From: Phoronis australis
Lineage: Eukaryota; Animalia; Phoronida
Direction of reading: 5' to 3'
Length of the DNA stretch: 64,000 nt
Assembly: GCA_002633005.1 (NCBI GenBank)
Contig: NMRA01000420.1
Span: 270,318 to 334,317, forward strand
Under the pieces are notes generated by a model. The model was not told the origin of the DNA and did no database searches. It saw only the letters and a list, made by a program, of their open reading frames with translations. Shown here piece after piece: positions 57,395-64,000 of the stretch. Numbering within the stretch: the stretch's first letter is position 1; every line of letters starts with the position of its first letter. Made by a program: the position numbers and the translations under genes.

Positions 57395-60300
57395 GGCTCA
57401 CCACGGGAGAAATACAAGTACTGCGTTAGTGAGGAGATGCCCAGCTGGAGCCTGACAGACCTCAGATGAAGTGATAGTCAAGCAGGTCAAGCACAGGACT
57501 GTTCATATGTTGTGTGTCTGAAGATAGTGGTCAGTGGAGGCCACTAAAATCATGCCATACTCCCAACGGATATTAGATGTAATTTTTGTACAAATATGTT
57601 AATCTGCAGTTGATTCAAAATAAACTGCCAAATATAGGCTTTTTGAACAAAAAAAATTTGCTCCACCCTAAAGAAACATTGTCTCCACAAATTTTAATTC
57701 TGAACTTTTTATGAAAAATTGCATTCTAGTTTAATTTTGGGCCTAAAATTGATTCTGATGCAGCATTTTTGTGGGCATGTCTTCCAATACTGATATTCTT
57801 GTGAAACAAAATTGCCCTTGATTGCATAATTGCACTCTGATGAAGGTTAAGGTGATCTCCTGTCTCAGTGTTGTTGATGTGAGCTCATTCTGCTAGTAGA
57901 AAGTTGTAACCTTTAATGGTGTGCCATGTACTGTAGTGCCATCTTCAGGCACCTAGTGGAGTTCTCTTTCATCTTGGGTAGGTAGGTGATGCATGACATG
58001 TGACATCACTGATATTTTAAATCCCCACCTGTCACTAGTATGAGTTAGCGACATGTCCTTGCCAACCGCCAGGCTGAATACCTACCTGTCACAATTCTGA
58101 GTTGGTGACATGCGGCTACCTACTACTTTTATGAGCGCTGAGTCATCTGTAATTACTTTATCACTGCAGAGTCGTGTATAAAGAAATTTCTGTCTCTGTG
58201 CCAAGTACAGAGCTTAATTATAGCCTAGAAATCAATACATGCATATGAGAGGGAGATTCAAAAATGTTGCCCACATGTTTGCTTCTTGAAAATTTTATTT
58301 TTAAGGAAATGACTGCCAGTTTTTACAAATTGAAACAGCTATAAGTGGATTTAGAGTTCTACGAAATTACAAAAAAAAACAACATAGGTCTGTTTTATTG
58401 CCTGTTCAAAATTTGCTTTAAGTGCCCACCCTTTTGCTATTTTGGGGTAACTGCATGTAGTCCATTGTGGCTTAGAATTTTGCATATGATTGTAAATCAT
58501 GGATGTTGCTTACGGACAATCCTTTCGACCTATTCTTTTGTGTTACAGAAACCTTTGCACTGTTCAAAATGCAGTTTGGACAGTCAGGCCAAAGCATCGC
58601 ATTATTGTCCATTGTTTTTCAGTTTTATTGTCACTTTTTGGCCTTTGTTGGTTTGAATATATGTGTGGTCATTCAGAATTCTGAGTGTTATATTGCGATA
58701 ATTGGCAAGTTTTGGGGAGCTTGAGGGTGAAAAATGGGCTTTAGAACATGTCTGGAGTATAGTGTTAACATACCTTGCTACTCCAAGGTTAGGCTAGGCG
58801 AGGTTCCTACTCCCAGCCAAGCAGCAAGTAAGCTGGAGTCAAATGAGTGTGTACATATTGGTTAGAAAGTACTGTGCCTGTAATTATTGCCACCAAATTA
58901 GGTTTACTGCATTGGAAACACAAAAAGATATGGCGATGCACTGTCTGAAGGTGATGGGGTGAGTGGGGTGTAATTTGTTAGGGCAAGTTATAAGTCACCA
59001 GGGGTTCATAGTGGTTCCAGAAAGTTGGAGTCACCGGGCATACAGTTTATGTTGCACTTGATTGGTTCATACAGAGATTTATGAGGAGAATGTCACCCAA
59101 AAAATAGGGATAGAACACTCTCGGATTTGTGATGTTACTTGTCGAAAGATCCTGTTTATAGAAATATTCCAAACAGCATTGAGGAGCTGAAGAGAGAAAT
59201 CACTGTGAAAACCAGCAACATATGCCTCAACATTTTTCTTCGAATTCATTTTACTTGTCACCAGTAGGAGTGTTGTAAACATTATGTTACACACCTAGAT
59301 CTAGTTTCTAGCAGGAAATAAAACGATAACGAATGAAGATTACTTTTGCATTTTGATAGAAATGTGATCCACTGGAGTAGATTTGATTTCTCAAGTTTAG
59401 CTGTGATCTCTTAATTTTTATTCTAGAAGCAAAAATGTGGGCCGATGATATTTAAGTCACCCTATACCTTGCAAGCTTAGTGATTTACAATCTACATTAT
59501 TGCTTTGTGCGTCATTCACGTTGTGTTGTCTCATTTTTACAAGATCAGAAATAAATATTTTTGTAGATACCATTTTGTCACTAATATGTTGCTCATTTTT
59601 AAAAACAAGCTGAAATATTCGGAAATTCGTTTGACTAAGTTAACGTGTGGACGTCATCAGGGACCTCCTGTCACCTCCCGTGCCAAGACGATGACGTCAC
59701 TGAGCCCGCATGTAGCAATGGGGGTGTTGGTTTCGGTTTCATTATCTCATGAAATTACACTGTGCATGCGCGCACCCAGGGGGGGNGATGTTACAAAGGC
59801 TATTTCAACTTCAGCATCCAGAAGTGGGGGTGGGTGTGGGTGTGGGTGTGGGGGTGAGGTACAATGGGTAATTGTACTTACAAAGTATCATGAACTAACA
59901 CAAGATGAATCATAGGATCAGTACAAAAGTGAGAATGGAATTTTACTGTAACTTGTTTTCAAGTGTGATGGCGAATTTGCTGGGCTGGGAACCCGAGTCC
60001 CTGGTGCTGGCTGACCAGGATTGATATACGAAAAACAGCTCCGATCTTTTGGCTGTTTTGCAGACCATTCGAGAATAACATTGACTATACGTGTATGATT
60101 TGCGACATAAATCGGACAGAGCTGTCGAAATGTCCCAAGTACCACACATTCGAACTAAAGAATTTTTAGAAAATTGTACGTTTGTCGGAGTGGTCGGAAG
60201 GACATCACACGCACTGCATCAAGTGACCGATGATGGGTTTTGATCTATAGAAAATGTTTAAACCGGCTAGCCGTTCCCAACAGAGGACTCCTAAACAGTT

Positions 60301-60978
60301 TTACCAGCGATTTTCCATTCTGTGGATGCTTCTAGGGAGCCATTGAGAGCGAACACTGAACCCCGCCACGTTTGTGTTTTGTGTGTCATGGTTACTACGC
60401 TAAAATGCAGACTTGCTTTAAAACAGAAAAAAAATGGTGGAAATAGCGTTTGATCATGAACCAGGACATCCAAACTCGCCAGAAATTCGTGTTTACCTTT
60501 GATCATTTGCCCGAACAATTTGCCCCGACCCTTTAAAAAAATAAACCATTTTAACTTTTATTATCTAGTCAAATGGGTTTGGTATGAGAATTAACTTCGT
60601 AATAAACTTTAATCGATCAAATTCAGCATCAACAAATGTACGTAGCTGAGAACACCCATGATTTACCTAGCAAACTTTCAGGTGTTACCAAAACTGGGAC
60701 AAGCGGATGAAAGAAAATACGATTCACCTGCTACAGTTCACCTCCTGCTGTTACTACCGAGATTATTACTACAGGCCCGTAAGCGTTGTGTGTAACACTC
60801 CAGTTGACCACCAAAACAACTGCGTCAGTGTCGTCAGGGAGTCGAGGGGCAGTTAAAGTGTTAGTTTATTCGCAGTTAGCGCAGTTCTGCTGTAGAATTG
60901 CAACAACACCAGTGGCTCCACAGTTGGTGGGGTTATTGAAGGCCACTAACTTTTCTTCTGACGTAAGATCGTTTTCCG

Positions 60979-62576
60979 ATGGACAACCACCGACTGGTCG
61001 TGTTGATGTTGGCGTTGACATGTGGAGCGCAAGGTAAGATTTGGCTATTGAAGCCAGTGGGCTTGCGGCTTAGGCAAGAATTGGTCTGCTTGTTGTCATA
61101 CGGGACAAAAGACTGTGCTGGGCAGTTAACAAAGGAGCCAGATGTTATCGCACGTTCAGAACCCCTCACGTCTGGAAAAGTTGCTGAACGATCAGAGCGC
61201 CGTCATGTTAAAGGAAACTGCCTAGATTTTTATCGACCAAGTACTCAATCCATTTTTGGGACTAGCGTTGCCCAGAGGGGTCACTTCATTAATTTAAGGT
61301 ATTTGACGTTTACCTACTTCATCGCCCTTCTTCTGTTCATCACGCCGTTCCACGAAACTTGTTGAATACAGGAAAACTTAAGGCGTTTTAAAATTATTTT
61401 TAAATGACGAATCACATAGTCTACTTTACAACAGATCTAAATGGGGGCACGGACTTACTTGCATTGTTAACGAACTCCCATGACAAACTCAACACTTGAT
61501 CTGTGTCAATAATGAAGGTAGGCCTACGTACGTGTTTAGGGGTACGTCTATGCAGTAATGTTGATGCGTGACTTACACTCCGTCAAAAACCACCTCGGCG
61601 CCTATAGCCCGCCGGCTGCCTGCAAGCGTTGCCAGCAAAACACGGCCAGATTCGTTACTCGCATAAAAATCAGTTGGCCTTCAAACAAAAAAAAACACCC
61701 ACAGTTTAATAGTGTTTTTCTTAAAACCGAACCTACGTGACCTCACAAGTAGGCCAACTGGCGAACTTTGGTTTAGCTGAATTACCTTCTGCAAGTGGGT
61801 TCACTGAAGATATGTTGGGCCGAAGTCCTCTCCCCATAGGTATACACCCACTGAGGATAAGCTGAAGGGTATTTGGTCATGTTTCCCGTAGTGAGCTGAT
61901 TGTGAAGTCTTCTCAGAGGACCTTTCCGGTGGCTGGAAGCTGGGTCCAAAAACACGTTCTAGAATGGGCAGTGCTCCCGGAAGATGAGCCACTTGGATGG
62001 GAGCAGACCAGAGCGGATTCGAGTCAGCACAGCCATGGAGCCAGGGGCGAAGATGGTGGTCGTCGCTCCAGGGCTGATTTGGTATTCTTCCGGCGCAGAT
62101 GCAAAGGGCATAATGATGTGTTGTGTATGTAAAAATAAATAAGAATATAACAGAGGACTGTTGATGTCATTTTCAAATATTCTTCAAGTGCGCGACTTCG
62201 ACTGAAAATTACTTTGACAGCATCGTTATGAGTTGCATAAAAATCCGTTAAGAGCGGCCTTTAAACGAAAAAATCAACCAACAACTGGTATTTATCTGAC
62301 AGTGACAAGTTCAATGTGTTATCCCAATCAAGGAGACCAATCTCGTTTGGTTATTCTTCCGCAGATGCGCTAAAAATAAAAATATCCGGACATGTAGGAA
62401 GAACATACCAGGATAGCCTTTTTAATTGTCATGTTCGTGGTTTTGACAAATACCCGACTATGACTGAAAATTATTTAGTTTGTTATGACGTAATGTATGC
62501 ATGGGCAATTAGTCCATGTGAACCTACACGTCTTAGTGTTGAACCTTGTTTCAACTTGTTTGTGGGTAACGTATGA
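60979..62576 (+). CDS. Putative small secreted protein (signal-peptide exon plus Cys-containing exon); 3' end uncertain
   Basis: Exon 60979-61033 encodes MDNHRLVVLMLALTCGAQ with a strong G|GTAAGA donor (phase 1). The acceptor TTATTCTTCCGCAG|62365 continues in frame as DALKIKISGHVGRTYQDSLFNCHVRGFDKYPTMTENYLVCYDVMYAWAISPCEPTRLSVEPCFNLFVGNV* (stop at 62576). No family recognised. Confidence 0.5.
61786..62112 (-). mobile_element. Possible decayed Ty3/Gypsy pol fragment
   Basis: One minus-strand frame reads MPFASAPEEYQ (MPFGxxSAPEEYQ-like RT motif), then one TAG, then GPLRRL...QWVYTYGE (connection/RNase H-like). The stretch is GC-richer than its flanks. Judged by eye. Confidence 0.4.
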
Positions 62577-63270
62577 TAATTGCAGAGACCCCGGCGTTAA
62601 TCCCATGACCTGTCAAAATTAGTCATTCTCGTTAGCGTGTGTTGACACCGGTTTGAGAGGTAGTGGATCAGTTGCTCCAGTTTCAATTTCACGTCTAAAC
62701 ACAATCTACACTCTTTCACACTGCTAAGAAAGGTAGCACTGTGGAATGTTGTTTAACATGGCTTCGTATTGGTTTTAGTAATGAAACTGACGTCATAACA
62801 TCCACAGTCATTCCCAATGGTTGAAATCTGGGAAACCCCTTCCAGTTAAGTGTTTCGTATTATGGCGACCACCTTTGACTTGGATACTTGCAATTCATCA
62901 AAACAGGCAGCGATCGAAGTGAACAAAATCAAGGCAACCCCGATCCAGTGGCTTAAGCCTAAACAAGTATGGCGTGTGCAAGTGCTGGCGATGTAATCGC
63001 GCATTGATGTCCACATACGGAATTCCATAGGGCCACTTTTCGTCAGAGGATAAACACAACCGGGGGGGAGGGGGGGGGGGGGGGGCGGAAAAGGATCCTC
63101 TTTCAATGCGCTTGGGAAATAGCATATATTTGAGTGATCATCTGGCATTAGGTAAGCATGAGCAGACAGTCTTCGTGTAAGTGACTAATAGTTATTCCCC
63201 TTCCGATCTAATGTGTAAATACGACTGAAGTGGAGAAAGACGCGCCGTGACAACTGACACTGTAACAACT

Positions 63271-63578
63271 CAGGGGCGAATCCAGGATTTTGATTTGGGG
63301 GGAAGGGCCTAGGAATAATCAGAATTTCGGCAGATGCGCGCGCCCAGCCTAAAATGTAGGGATGCAGGGGTCTCGAATTTTTGGGTTTATGGACCTTTTG
63401 ACTAAAAAAAGATAAACGGGGTTTGTTGTTCAGGGTCTAAGCATTTTTATTCACCTCCCGAGCCGTCCTGGTTGCGCGCATGTGCTAGTCAGCGATTTGC
63501 ACCCGAAATGCCAAATGGTATCTGGTAGAAATTTTGGGGGACCGTGGCCCCCTTGCCCCCCCCCTAAATCCGCCACTG
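63271..63578. mobile_element. MITE with CAGGGGCG...CGCCACTG termini
   Basis: Imperfect TIRs CAGGGGCGAATCCAGG / CCTAAATCCGCCACTG, with CAACT on both flanks. A homologue lies at 4071-4229. Confidence 0.75.
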
Positions 63579-64000
63579 CAACTGCCTGTCGAGTATAAAA
63601 GCAGCTTTAGCAACCAAAACCTTATATCGACAAGCAAGTAAAACTTTATTTATGATCAACAAATTACAATTTAAATGCTACCGTCAACTAGCGTACCGCA
63701 GATGCATCTAGTTTTCAACAATCCTCGATTAGCCGCATCGCGCGTTAGCTGGTAAACTTTTTGACGCTGTTGTTGAGATGTAGGTGCATCTAACTTCGTC
63801 GACGTTAGTTGAGACTTAGATAGAACTGCGCTGTGTGACGGTTGTTGAAGAGTAGACGCTGCTACTCTTGTCGTGAAGGGTTGAGATGCATCTTGGTTGT
63901 TGAGGATTGCTGATAAGTAAACGCAGCTAAACTGGCCGAGAGCTGTTGAGGAGTAGACGCAAATGCGCTCATCGGTAGTTTTTGAGAAGTATATCTTGCA

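Noticed and set aside
57392-57470. STARD3 TGA readthrough or selenocysteine extension
   Set aside because: The stop context (TGA-G) is not leaky, the START domain is already complete, and no SECIS was recognised.

Overview
AT-rich, intron-rich genomic DNA from a eukaryote, most likely a marine invertebrate (inferred, not determined). Three conserved multi-exon genes were reconstructed by hand, with consistent splice phases. They are MEIOC (+, 4501-10217, first exon unresolved), UBXN4/erasin (-, 29977-16620, 11 exons, about 493 aa) and STARD3/MLN64 (+, 38695-57394, 12 exons, about 496 aa). A probable small secreted Cys-containing protein gene starts at 60979 (+). Introns and intergenic DNA carry MITEs and foldback elements, a tRNA-derived SINE head, minisatellites, and heavily decayed BEL/Pao and Ty3/Gypsy remnants. 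The most notable observations concern splicing. UBXN4 has a U12-type intron, three in-frame tandem-duplicated acceptors before exon 2, and a 29-bp satellite built from a donor site. STARD3 has a tandemly duplicated START-domain exon next to an N base, which may be an assembly artefact. No clearly new biological system can be established from the sequence alone. All homology calls come from my recall of the families, not from database searches.
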